A DNA stretch of 32,000 nucleotides from Candidatus Heimdallarchaeota archaeon (GTDB lineage: Archaea > Asgardarchaeota > Heimdallarchaeia > Heimdallarchaeales > Kariarchaeaceae): contig JASBSB010000004.1 in assembly GCA_030149205.1 (NCBI GenBank), forward strand, positions 90,001 to 122,000, in the 5' to 3' direction. The stretch's first letter is position 1. Each line of letters opens with the position of its first letter. The notes under the pieces were generated by a model. It was not told the origin of the DNA and searched no databases. It saw only the letters and a list, made by a program, of their open reading frames with translations. Shown in pieces: positions 8,137 through 17,025 of the stretch. Both the position numbers and the translations under genes were made by a program.

Positions 8137-8880
8137 ATGTATATGAAAGACTCACTTCAGTACTACTTAGAGAACATAATCATAATTGGGTCTCTTCTAA
8201 CAGTACTTTTAGTATACAGTTTGACTTGGACATTATTCTATGCAATAAGGCATGATAAAGTAATAGCCTTGATTTTACAGGGGATTCTCATTCTAATGTG
8301 GTGGATTCTCTCTAATTTCTTTAACTTCTTTGTTTTTTACACACTCGTTGAGCTGCCAAACCGAATTCTACTAAAAACCAGCGTTCTGTTATTGTTTCTG
8401 CTTTATCCATGCGAGTACCTACTTTTCAATAGCTATCCAGACTCGATCAACACTTACACTGTTTATCTTGCATTATTTGGTCCATTCCTAATTGCAATTA
8501 TTGCCATCTACAAAGTGGTTAAAGTTAGAAACAATTTGCAAACCAGATTGGAAAAGAGGCAAGGGTTATATCACTCCACTTTTTTAGCGTTATATTTTTT
8601 ACTTATGAATCTATTTCTTACTTCAGGGTGGAGGTTGCAAAATGAAAAACTAAGTATCTATCTATCATTTGAAACCGTTTGGTATTTAGAATTTATAGGA
8701 GTAATAATCGTTCTGCTGCTCAACGTCTTGCTCTTCCCAAATACGAAACTTGACATTAATGGTGTCCCTATCTTAAAAGGGTTCGTGTTTCAACTCTCTT
8801 CTGATTCAGATGAGGACAATCACTCACCTCCCAAAAATGATGAGGTTCAGACAAGTCAAAGTAATTTTGACCTTGGTTAG
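8137..8880 (+). CDS. Multi-pass membrane protein (candidate immunity partner of C)
   Basis: 247 aa with about 6 TM helices and an acidic tail. It starts 5 nt after the stop of C. Confidence 0.75.
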   Translation: MYMKDSLQYYLENIIIIGSLLTVLLVYSLTWTLFYAIRHDKVIALILQGILILMWWILSNFFNFFVFYTLVELPNRILLKTSVLLLFLLYPCEYLLFNSYPDSINTYTVYLALFGPFLIAIIAIYKVVKVRNNLQTRLEKRQGLYHSTFLALYFLLMNLFLTSGWRLQNEKLSIYLSFETVWYLEFIGVIIVLLLNVLLFPNTKLDINGVPILKGFVFQLSSDSDEDNHSPPKNDEVQTSQSNFDLG

Positions 8881-8934
8881 TGTTTAACTTTCAAGGTTCA
8901 GCTGTGGTTTCAAAAAACAAGAGAAATCTTTAAT

Positions 8935-10047
8935 TTGAAAGCATTGAATAATAGCTATGTGTACACCTGTGTTCATCAGCAAGAATTTGTGTTAGGGTAT
9001 TCAACACAATACAATTTCAATCAAACTGGATTTCAATATACCAATAACGGCATCACCAACTTCGTCGACGGGATCAAGGCTGCGGGGGAGTTCATCGTCA
9101 ACACAGTATTGACAGCCCTGATTGATATGACCATCTTTGTGATCAAGAACATCATAGATGGACTTGTTGAGGTCGTGAAAAACCTGTTGCCCACTCTTCC
9201 CATATCTAAGACTCCCTCAGGTTACAAGATAGGGTCAGTTGCCATTGATATCTTCCGGGAGGGATTAGAGCTAAAGCTGAGGGTTGATAGGATGACCTTA
9301 AACTTCGGGACATTTTACTTTGGTGCACCGATAGATGTCGAGACATTGGGGATAGAGAACCCCAACTGGTTGATCCTAGGGCTATCAGCCCTGCAGACCG
9401 TGTCAATCCCATTGATCATGGTCTTGGATGCAACCGGTAGAAAGGATGCCTCTAACACTGCAATGATTGCCAGTCTTGTCCTGTTCTCCCTGGGCATTCT
9501 CCTGAATAGTTATGTGGTCTTGAGCAACAACTCCTTGGATAAACAGACCAGAAAGGATTTTTCAAAAGGATTAGGCTTGTTTTTAATCTTTGGAATTATA
9601 ATCCCTGATATCTTCATCTTTGGAACAAACTCAAAAAATCCTCGACATAAAGGAAGAACTATAAGTGAAAATATTAAATCTATTGGTTTTCCAGCAACAT
9701 TTTTAGGTACTCTGTTTAGAAATTTGAATGCTGCGTATTCTTCAATTTGGGTTTCCTTAGGTTTTGCTCTTTGGGATTTCTTTAACAGTATCATATTAGA
9801 TTCTGAAAAAAATCTTGAAAAACGATTTGAGGAAATTATCATTTTAATTCTTAATTTAGTAATTGTTTCTTCAACATTTTTACCAGCTATAAATAGAGCA
9901 ATTCAGAAATCAACAGAGATCCCAGGGAGTAAATTTGGGTCACTTAGAGGGATGAATAAGGTTCATCAGTATGTAAAATTCCAACTTATTATTTCATTCA
10001 TATTGATTTTGGTGCTTACCCTCATGGAGTCTTGGTTAATAAAATAA
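8935..10047 (+). CDS. Cassette protein D: shared N-terminal module plus a different hydrophobic C-terminus
   Basis: 370 aa with SYVYTCVHQ...FVDGIKAAGEFIVN. The C-terminal region shows no obvious similarity to that of A. The start is TTG and the frame stays open back to 8881. Confidence 0.75.
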   Translation: MKALNNSYVYTCVHQQEFVLGYSTQYNFNQTGFQYTNNGITNFVDGIKAAGEFIVNTVLTALIDMTIFVIKNIIDGLVEVVKNLLPTLPISKTPSGYKIGSVAIDIFREGLELKLRVDRMTLNFGTFYFGAPIDVETLGIENPNWLILGLSALQTVSIPLIMVLDATGRKDASNTAMIASLVLFSLGILLNSYVVLSNNSLDKQTRKDFSKGLGLFLIFGIIIPDIFIFGTNSKNPRHKGRTISENIKSIGFPATFLGTLFRNLNAAYSSIWVSLGFALWDFFNSIILDSEKNLEKRFEEIIILILNLVIVSSTFLPAINRAIQKSTEIPGSKFGSLRGMNKVHQYVKFQLIISFILILVLTLMESWLIK

Positions 10048-10066
10048 ACACCTAGGAGTGACTAGA

Positions 10067-10780
10067 ATGCGAAGTGAAAAGGTAATTATATTTTTAGACG
10101 AGTTTGTTAGTTCTTTGCTGGTTATAATCGAGATTGTGATCCTTTTATTTCTGGTGTATTTTCACAGACCTTTTATAATTGTATTTGGGAGCTATTTTGT
10201 TTTTAAATCAATATTTGTTTTACTGTTGTTCAAATTTATTTTTTCACATAAATCATGGTTAGTAGAACAGGGGGTCATTCATTCCGTCTTTATAGATGCG
10301 GTTTTTCCAGTTATTTTATTAGTTTCCCAGTTTGTCTTATTTGTATTTTATATGAATTATATGCTTAATACTGGGATCTATTTACTGATTAACGTGATAA
10401 TCGTAATACTTGGATCGAATTATTCTAAAATAAACCCAACAATGTTTTACTTTTACCTCTCAACAACGAATCCTATTGAATATCTTAGAGAATATAGAAT
10501 TGATACAAAAATAGATTATATGATCATCTTACGTGCAAGTCTTCTTTCTTTGATAGCGTTTTCGGCAATTGTGAGTTTGATTGCCGTAAATTCAAATTTC
10601 AAGTGGATTCAAGTCAATACAATTTTTGAATTCATTGCTTCACTAGGGATATTCTTCTTACCCATACAAAATTATCGAGATCGGCTCATAAATCAAAGAT
10701 ATTACAAACTGATGAAAAAGCTAAGTAAAGGTGAGGAACCAGTGGAGTTTTGGAGAGCAAGGTGGAGGTTGCGGGGTTAA
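10067..10780 (+). CDS. Multi-pass membrane protein (candidate immunity partner of D)
   Basis: About 238 aa with about 6 TM helices. The ATG at 10067 follows SD-like AGGAGTGA. The track uses GTG 10058. Confidence 0.75.
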   Translation: MRSEKVIIFLDEFVSSLLVIIEIVILLFLVYFHRPFIIVFGSYFVFKSIFVLLLFKFIFSHKSWLVEQGVIHSVFIDAVFPVILLVSQFVLFVFYMNYMLNTGIYLLINVIIVILGSNYSKINPTMFYFYLSTTNPIEYLREYRIDTKIDYMIILRASLLSLIAFSAIVSLIAVNSNFKWIQVNTIFEFIASLGIFFLPIQNYRDRLINQRYYKLMKKLSKGEEPVEFWRARWRLRG

Positions 10781-11057
10781 TAATCACCAATCACCTACGG
10801 AAATCAGTTTTTTAAATTCAAAAGTTGGATCTGTCTTTGAACTTTCTGTATTTTTTTGTGATCTTAATTTTAGTAGCAAAGAAATTACTCCTCTGAACCA
10901 AAAATTCTAAATGAAACAATCAACCTTCTTCAACAAAATTTTTATGGAACTCATACCATCTTTTGAGTCATCAATCCCAGCCACGGTTAGGTGACCAAGT
11001 TCACTCTTTAGATTCAAAAATTTTCAATGGTGATTAACTGATTGATTTGTTGGGACT

Positions 11058-11336
11058 TTAGCTGTCAATCTTATTCAGCAGTTCCTGAAGAGCCTGCTTG
11101 ACCTCTGGGCTAATTTTCTTGGGATCAATGCTTTTGACCAGTTTCTCCAATCCCACTGTGTCAACCACCTTCTCCAGTCCCACTGCATCAATCAGTTTCA
11201 GTCTCACTGCATCAACCACCCTGTTGATCCCAACCTCCTCGATCACACGCTCCAGCCCCACCTCATTGATCACCCAAGCCACGCCTAAGAACTCTACTGC
11301 CTCCTTGATACTGATTGATTCGGGGTCTGTTGACAT
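11058..11336 (-). CDS. Small protein made of 9-aa repeats (approximately xxVGLEKVV), possibly the remnant C-terminus of a longer gene
   Basis: Units: EFLGVAWVI/NEVGLERVI/EEVGINRVV/DAVRLK-LI/DAVGLEKVV/DTVGLEKLV. The ORF is visibly more GC-rich than its flanks. Confidence 0.7.
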   Translation of the reverse strand: MSTDPESISIKEAVEFLGVAWVINEVGLERVIEEVGINRVVDAVRLKLIDAVGLEKVVDTVGLEKLVKSIDPKKISPEVKQALQELLNKIDS

Positions 11337-11686
11337 CGCTTGCCGCTCCTTCTTATATAACAGTTAGCTAACAGAGATAATAAACCTGTTCTTTCGTGTT
11401 ATCGTGTCCTGAATTACCTTTCTTTTCATCTACTCACTGACAATGAGCAGGATCTGATTCGTTATAATCTTAATGATCTAACTCAACTAATAGGTGTATC
11501 AATCCCTGACATTCATTGAAACCAGTTTACACCTCAAGAGATCCGGATTGATGAATGTGGGAAATATCAATTCATATCATTTGTGTAGAAGAAATACTTA
11601 GGATTAAATACCTAGGAGTCCTAGTTACCTTAATGATTCTTATACAGGAAGATGGGATCAGTTGGTCCGATGAAAATTCCTCAGAG

Positions 11687-12466
11687 ATGTCATCATACCC
11701 ATTCATTCTCCTCCAACTATTTTTATATCTTGCACTACTCGTCTCTTCCTTTTTAGTTCTTAATAAATTAAATTTTTCGCAAAATGTTTTGAATATTTCT
11801 TTGGAAGTAATGTTGTTGATTACTGGTCTCACTATCCGGAGGCGTTATCTTCATCCTGACTTTAGCCTGGGATTTAGGTGGACTAACAATTATGATACAT
11901 TTCGAGGTGTTAGCAGTGATATGAAAATCAAAAAAATTCAGATTATTGGTAGTATTTTGGTTATGTTGATGCTTCCATTAATTACGATTTTAATGGTTAA
12001 TTTTGCTGGTGTTGAGGGTATTGATTTGTTTTATACAGCCGTTTTTCATTATGTATCAATTATTTTAGGGTTAGTAATGTATCCAATTGTAAAGTACGAT
12101 AAGGGTAAAATGTCAAAAGAAAGTTTGAAGATTGAGCAAAATTACTTTGGGATGAAATTTATGTTTGAGGGTTCAACTGATGAGATAAAATTAATAGGTT
12201 TGCTTGTTAAACCTGTGGAATTGTTTGAGAATGGGAATATCATGTTATCTTTGTTATTGGATCAAGATTATTACTGTGATGTTCAAATTACTCATAGACA
12301 TGGTCAAGATTCAAAATCTGGAAGAAGAGGTGAAATCTCTCAGATTTTAGACAGGATTAAAGATTGGATTGAGACTAATCTTGATGTTCCATTGGAGGTT
12401 TTTGGGAATAAAGAAGATTGGAACAGGTATTGGGAGAACAAAAAGCTTGTAAAAAGATGGGTATAA
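11687..12466 (+). CDS. Membrane protein with about 4 N-terminal TM helices and a soluble C-terminal domain
   Basis: Track ORF is 11555-12466. The ATG at 11687 (MSSYPFILLQ...) begins the coherent hydrophobic region. No family recognised. Confidence 0.65.
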   Translation: MSSYPFILLQLFLYLALLVSSFLVLNKLNFSQNVLNISLEVMLLITGLTIRRRYLHPDFSLGFRWTNNYDTFRGVSSDMKIKKIQIIGSILVMLMLPLITILMVNFAGVEGIDLFYTAVFHYVSIILGLVMYPIVKYDKGKMSKESLKIEQNYFGMKFMFEGSTDEIKLIGLLVKPVELFENGNIMLSLLLDQDYYCDVQITHRHGQDSKSGRRGEISQILDRIKDWIETNLDVPLEVFGNKEDWNRYWENKKLVKRWV

Positions 12467-12566
12467 ATTAAGGTGAAAAGTTTATAGCTAAATACATAGT
12501 GAGATATAAACACACAATGAGATATAGTCAAATTTTGGGACTATATATCATATTTTATTAATATAC

Positions 12567-12610
12567 TTCAATGTTATATTTCTATGTTATATTTCAATGT
12601 TATAATTCAA
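12567..12610. repeat. 13-bp tandem repeat, about 3.4 copies (TTCAATGTTATAT)
   Basis: ttcaatgttatat / ttctatgttatat / ttcaatgttataa / ttcaa. Confidence 0.9.
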
Positions 12611-12839
12611 CAAAAATGGTAGAATAAACCTTTCCATATGCCAAGTTTATCTGGTTTAAAATAAATTCTACCAGCTCATAATTTAGAATAAAAATTTTAA
12701 TTACCCAGTAAAACTATCATTGAAGTAAGTCAGAATAATATGTATTCCACTATGAAACAGTACTGATTATTGTAGATATAAAGTTCACCTGCATTTTCCC
12801 AAAACCGAAAGGTATAATTAAATTCAATCAAGTTGAATA

Positions 12840-14792
12840 GTGTTGAGCTTTATTGAGAAAAGATTGAGGAATACCTCAAGACAGGGATTGGTTATCCTTT
12901 TATTTTTGATTATAACTCTGAGTTTAGGGGGAGGTGGGTTATTAATTGGTTTCTGGCTCGGGTCCAACTCAAGAAACAAGACAGATACAGGTCAGATAAA
13001 GATTGGGATAGTAGATTCGGGATGTGATACATCTCAATCTACACAGGTGAAGGTATATGAGGCCTTTACCAACAGAACTTATTTTTATTCACCATCTGAT
13101 AACTACACTTATGATTTTTTGAATCATGGCTCATTTGTTTGTGAAATCATAATCCAAGAGACATCGAATCAGTTGATCTATTCAGCAAAGGTGGCATCAT
13201 TGTTCGGGCAGATCACATTTGCTGGGTTGTATGGGGCAATTAAATGGTTGGTTGAGATTGTGGGGGTTGACATTGTAAACCTTTCCTTAGGGGCTCTGCC
13301 AACTCAGTCACCTAGATTAGTTGATGTTTTTAGGAACTATACTGAGCACTATGGGACTATTTTTGTGTTTTCAACGGGGAATGATGCCAACACTCAGCTT
13401 TCAAGTATTGGGAAGGGTCAGTGGCCAGCTCTGCTTCCATGGACTGTTGGGGTTGGCGCAAGTAAATCAAATCCGTTTATCTTTGCTTCTTATTCTGACT
13501 GGGGAAGGACACTTTATGGTTCATATGTTGCAGATTTTACAGCAGATGGTTACTTTGCCCTGAGTTACAATAATGCAAAGGAGGGTACCTCATTTGCGGT
13601 TCCCAGAGTCACTGCAATGTTAGCCAACCTTATGCAGGCATTCAAAACAAGGGGATTAGCGATCACTCCCTCGACAATACAAACCTTTGCGGTGTTGATG
13701 TCTACAGGTTATTCGACTCATCATTTTGATCAGCGGTTGGGTTGGGGGACACCAGTATTTCCTGATAAGGTCACTCTGGATAATATAATCTCTATATATA
13801 AACATAGGGACACACAGTTCATTTACGGGACAAATGAAACTGAACGAATCACCAGATTTTTGGGAGAGAATTTTACGATCTCTTGGAAAGTCACTCAAAA
13901 TCTGTTAGCAGATTCAATCCAAAGTCTTCCTGACATCTCAGGGAATGGTAGTGTAATGTCACAATTAAGGTACAAAGATTCAGGAAATTGGGGGAAAATT
14001 CTTCAGATGAGGGTTGAAATTCCTAAAAATACTACATTGGGGAATTATACAAATACAATAAGAATGCCAGGGGGTTCACACCTGGATTATACTTATGTGG
14101 TTAACGGATCATATACAAAGAAAGTTCTAATAGATAACTCATTAAGTGTTAACGGGTACAATCATCAATTTGGTCAGTTATTGTTTTTAAACATGAAACT
14201 GAGGTCTGATAATATTTTGCCAGAATTTACCTTCACTAAATCTAACCTCAGTAAGTATTCTGATGTGGTCTTGTTGGAACCATATAGTGCAGATTTCACC
14301 AAGGAGGAGGGATTTTTCATGAATGCAACAGCAAATGATGCGCAGAGGTACTTTGATTTCCTTAAAGCTGGCGGTAAATTAGTGACTCTTTTAGGCGAGG
14401 AAAATCAGCTTCCAAAAGAATTTTTAAGACCATTGTTGGAACCATTAGGGTTAAATGCGAGCTATAATCTACCTTCAATCACAGATAACAAAATAGTGAT
14501 AGTTAATACCTTTGCAAATTTTGACTTTAGCAAGGGTACAAGGGGAGTGTATGGGAATGGTGTAGCATTAAACATAACAAATTCAACGATGGTTACCCCG
14601 TTTGCGACATATTTAGACAGTTATACAGACCTAGCAGGAATTCACAGCAGAAAGATTGTTTTTGGGGGTAATGGGACATTTGGTCTTGGTACATTTTATG
14701 TGTATTCAGGTTATGTTGGTCTGACTAACCCGAGGATTGACCCTGCTCAGGGTGACTCCTATAAATTATTCTTAAAGATTATTTTGAAGTAG
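12840..14792 (+). CDS. S8 (subtilase) serine protease with an N-terminal membrane anchor and a C-terminal GIFT/DUF4350-like domain
   Basis: Catalytic motifs are GIVDSG (D), LNHGSFV (H), STGND (oxyanion N) and GTSFAVP (S). The N-terminus has a TM segment. The C-terminal pattern is KVLIDNS...YSDVVLLEP...FLKAGGKLVTL. Confidence 0.88.
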   Translation: MLSFIEKRLRNTSRQGLVILLFLIITLSLGGGGLLIGFWLGSNSRNKTDTGQIKIGIVDSGCDTSQSTQVKVYEAFTNRTYFYSPSDNYTYDFLNHGSFVCEIIIQETSNQLIYSAKVASLFGQITFAGLYGAIKWLVEIVGVDIVNLSLGALPTQSPRLVDVFRNYTEHYGTIFVFSTGNDANTQLSSIGKGQWPALLPWTVGVGASKSNPFIFASYSDWGRTLYGSYVADFTADGYFALSYNNAKEGTSFAVPRVTAMLANLMQAFKTRGLAITPSTIQTFAVLMSTGYSTHHFDQRLGWGTPVFPDKVTLDNIISIYKHRDTQFIYGTNETERITRFLGENFTISWKVTQNLLADSIQSLPDISGNGSVMSQLRYKDSGNWGKILQMRVEIPKNTTLGNYTNTIRMPGGSHLDYTYVVNGSYTKKVLIDNSLSVNGYNHQFGQLLFLNMKLRSDNILPEFTFTKSNLSKYSDVVLLEPYSADFTKEEGFFMNATANDAQRYFDFLKAGGKLVTLLGEENQLPKEFLRPLLEPLGLNASYNLPSITDNKIVIVNTFANFDFSKGTRGVYGNGVALNITNSTMVTPFATYLDSYTDLAGIHSRKIVFGGNGTFGLGTFYVYSGYVGLTNPRIDPAQGDSYKLFLKIILK

Positions 14793-15996
14793 TTTCTGGT
14801 GTCGTGGATGCTTTTTCTTTATCTAGGATGAGATAGATTAAGCTTAGAACTGTTTGTATAACTAAGACAACTGCAAATAGAACATAGATAGAATTGGTGT
14901 AATGTAACAGGCTTCCATACATAATATTCCCGCTCATCAGCCCAACTCCAATGATAAAGTTCAGGTATCCAAACCCAGTTCCTCTGTTTAAAAGAGAGGT
15001 TTCTTCTACAACCTTTACCTTATAAATTGTCTCCTGACTCCCTATAATCACTCCATAAATTACGGTTACTGCTAAGTATGAATAGATGCTATTAAGCGCA
15101 ACAAAGAGTAAAGGTAATCCGCTAAGAAATATTACCAAAGCAAATGCATATCCTCCTATTTTCCTATAAATTTGAGATACAAAAACAGCAAATATTCCGT
15201 CAATAAGTTGAATTGCTAAATACAAAAGAGGGACGATCCATACTTTGATTGTCTGACCTGCTGTAAAAAGCAACAACTGAACTGGGAATAAGAAGATGGT
15301 ACTAAGTCCAATAATCACAATAAATACCTTGAGCTTTCGACTTAGCTGAGGTTTGGTACTATCCCCATGGTTCTTTGCGATATGCGCTTGTAATTCTTCA
15401 TCAAGGGATTTATCAGTTTCTCTATGGTAGAAATAATAAATTGAAGTTATAGTGATAAAGAGAATGAAATATGGATAGAACATAATTAGAAAGGATGCTT
15501 TAATGGTGCTAAGATTGAATAAAGCCAGAGAAATTAAGAGAGGGCCTCCTACCGCACCTATCTGATCCAGAGCCTCTGCATATCCGAATGCCTTTGCAGA
15601 TTCAATATCCTTAGTTAGAATTGAAAAGATTGTCTGTTTTGCTGGTGTTCTTAATCCTTTTCCAAATCTCTCAGTGAAGATAAAGAGAATGATTAGATCC
15701 ACAGAATTAAAGATTCCCAATAGTGGGATAGAAATAACCAGTAAATATCCTGTTACAGTAAAAACCCAATGGAATTTAAACCTATCAACCAGCAGTCCAG
15801 AGATGAGTCTGGTGAAATATCCAGTAAAATCAGAAAGCCCAAATATCAATCCTGCTGCCAACACAGTAAATCCGAGTGATTCAATATAACTCGGAATTAT
15901 GGATCTGCCGCCTTCATAAATAATGTCACCTAACATCGAATTAATTCCAAACACAAGAATAATGAAGCTAGGGGAAAGAGGGTTAATTTTCTTCAC
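14779..15996 (-). CDS. MFS transporter
   Basis: 405 aa with about 12 TM helices and the motifs ISGLLVDRFK, ERFGKGLRTP and NRGTGFG. Confidence 0.92.
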   Translation of the reverse strand: MKKINPLSPSFIILVFGINSMLGDIIYEGGRSIIPSYIESLGFTVLAAGLIFGLSDFTGYFTRLISGLLVDRFKFHWVFTVTGYLLVISIPLLGIFNSVDLIILFIFTERFGKGLRTPAKQTIFSILTKDIESAKAFGYAEALDQIGAVGGPLLISLALFNLSTIKASFLIMFYPYFILFITITSIYYFYHRETDKSLDEELQAHIAKNHGDSTKPQLSRKLKVFIVIIGLSTIFLFPVQLLLFTAGQTIKVWIVPLLYLAIQLIDGIFAVFVSQIYRKIGGYAFALVIFLSGLPLLFVALNSIYSYLAVTVIYGVIIGSQETIYKVKVVEETSLLNRGTGFGYLNFIIGVGLMSGNIMYGSLLHYTNSIYVLFAVVLVIQTVLSLIYLILDKEKASTTPETTSK

Positions 15997-16217
15997 TTCT
16001 AAGGAGTTATTGAGATGTTTATAAATTATGTTAGTGGAGGTAATGTTTATTGATAATTTTCTTTTGGAGAGGAGTTAGATTTAATATTATTAATTGTAAA
16101 AAAATTTCAGGTTTACAAGCTTTTCATGATGGATTTAATTTGAATTGTTCATAAAATCAACCAAATGGAATTATTTCTTGAGGTAAAGTTTTATTTGCTT
16201 TATTTTTCATTCACTCA

Positions 16218-16916
16218 ATGGTTTTGGAAGCTGTCCTTTTAGATATGGACGGGACAATAATTGACCTTGAGAAGAGGTGGGTTGAACCACTTCTATCAAT
16301 GGTTCGAGAAGTAAAACCAGATTTTGATATAAAAAATGTTGAGGACCACCTAGATGAGATCATTCTTAAGGCAGGTGGAAAATCAAAGAGGTTAGTGTTT
16401 AATACCTTATGGACAGTCACAAAGATAGCGAAATTAACCTTATTTGAGAGATTAAAGCTGTTTAAGAAAATGTTTTCACAAAAAGAGGTTTTTAGAACCG
16501 TAGAATTAATTGACGGTGCAGATGATTTGATTGAATATCTAAAATCTTCTAAGTATAAAATTGGTATCGTTACCACAGCAGGAGAGAAAACCATGGACTC
16601 CTTTTTTGAACGGTATCCAGAGTTTGATTTTATTGAGGTTGTTATTACTCGACAATCTGTTCACCACACAAAACCTGATCCAGAAGGTGTAAAAAAGGCT
16701 TGTAAGTTGTTGGGTGTATCATCTAAGAAAACAGCTCTTATTGGTGATTTACCGACAGATATTCAAGCAATACATCGAGCAGGTGGAATAGCTATAGCCG
16801 TATTGGGAAAATATGGAAATTACACAAAAGGCTTTTTGGATCGTAAAAATCCGGATTATTTGGTAAAAGACCTTTTTGAAGTAATAAGTTTGTTAAAAAC
16901 TCTTGAAAACAATTGA
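16218..16916 (+). CDS. HAD-family hydrolase (phosphoglycolate phosphatase-like)
   Basis: Motif I is DMDGT, motif II is IVTT and motifs III/IV are KPDP...IGDLPTD. Confidence 0.92.
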   Translation: MVLEAVLLDMDGTIIDLEKRWVEPLLSMVREVKPDFDIKNVEDHLDEIILKAGGKSKRLVFNTLWTVTKIAKLTLFERLKLFKKMFSQKEVFRTVELIDGADDLIEYLKSSKYKIGIVTTAGEKTMDSFFERYPEFDFIEVVITRQSVHHTKPDPEGVKKACKLLGVSSKKTALIGDLPTDIQAIHRAGGIAIAVLGKYGNYTKGFLDRKNPDYLVKDLFEVISLLKTLENN

Positions 16917-17025
16917 ACAAAAACTTTGTTCAATAAATAAAATGACAAAATTATGCAATAGTTGTTTTACAGAGGTTTTTTTGGAGGGCTATAATTTTAA
17001 ATAGAATAAAATTATTTTCGTATTT

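Noticed and set aside
11361-11600. Possible + strand pseudogene (…LLTDNEQDLIRYNLNDLTQL…) faintly like an RNase H-like domain end
   Set aside because: The similarity is only a few residues, it is broken by several stops, and it is partly antisense to the better-supported reverse-strand remnant.
3436-12839. The island as a prophage, IS element or other self-mobile element
   Set aside because: No integrase, transposase, replication or virion gene, terminal inverted repeats or target-site duplication was recognised.
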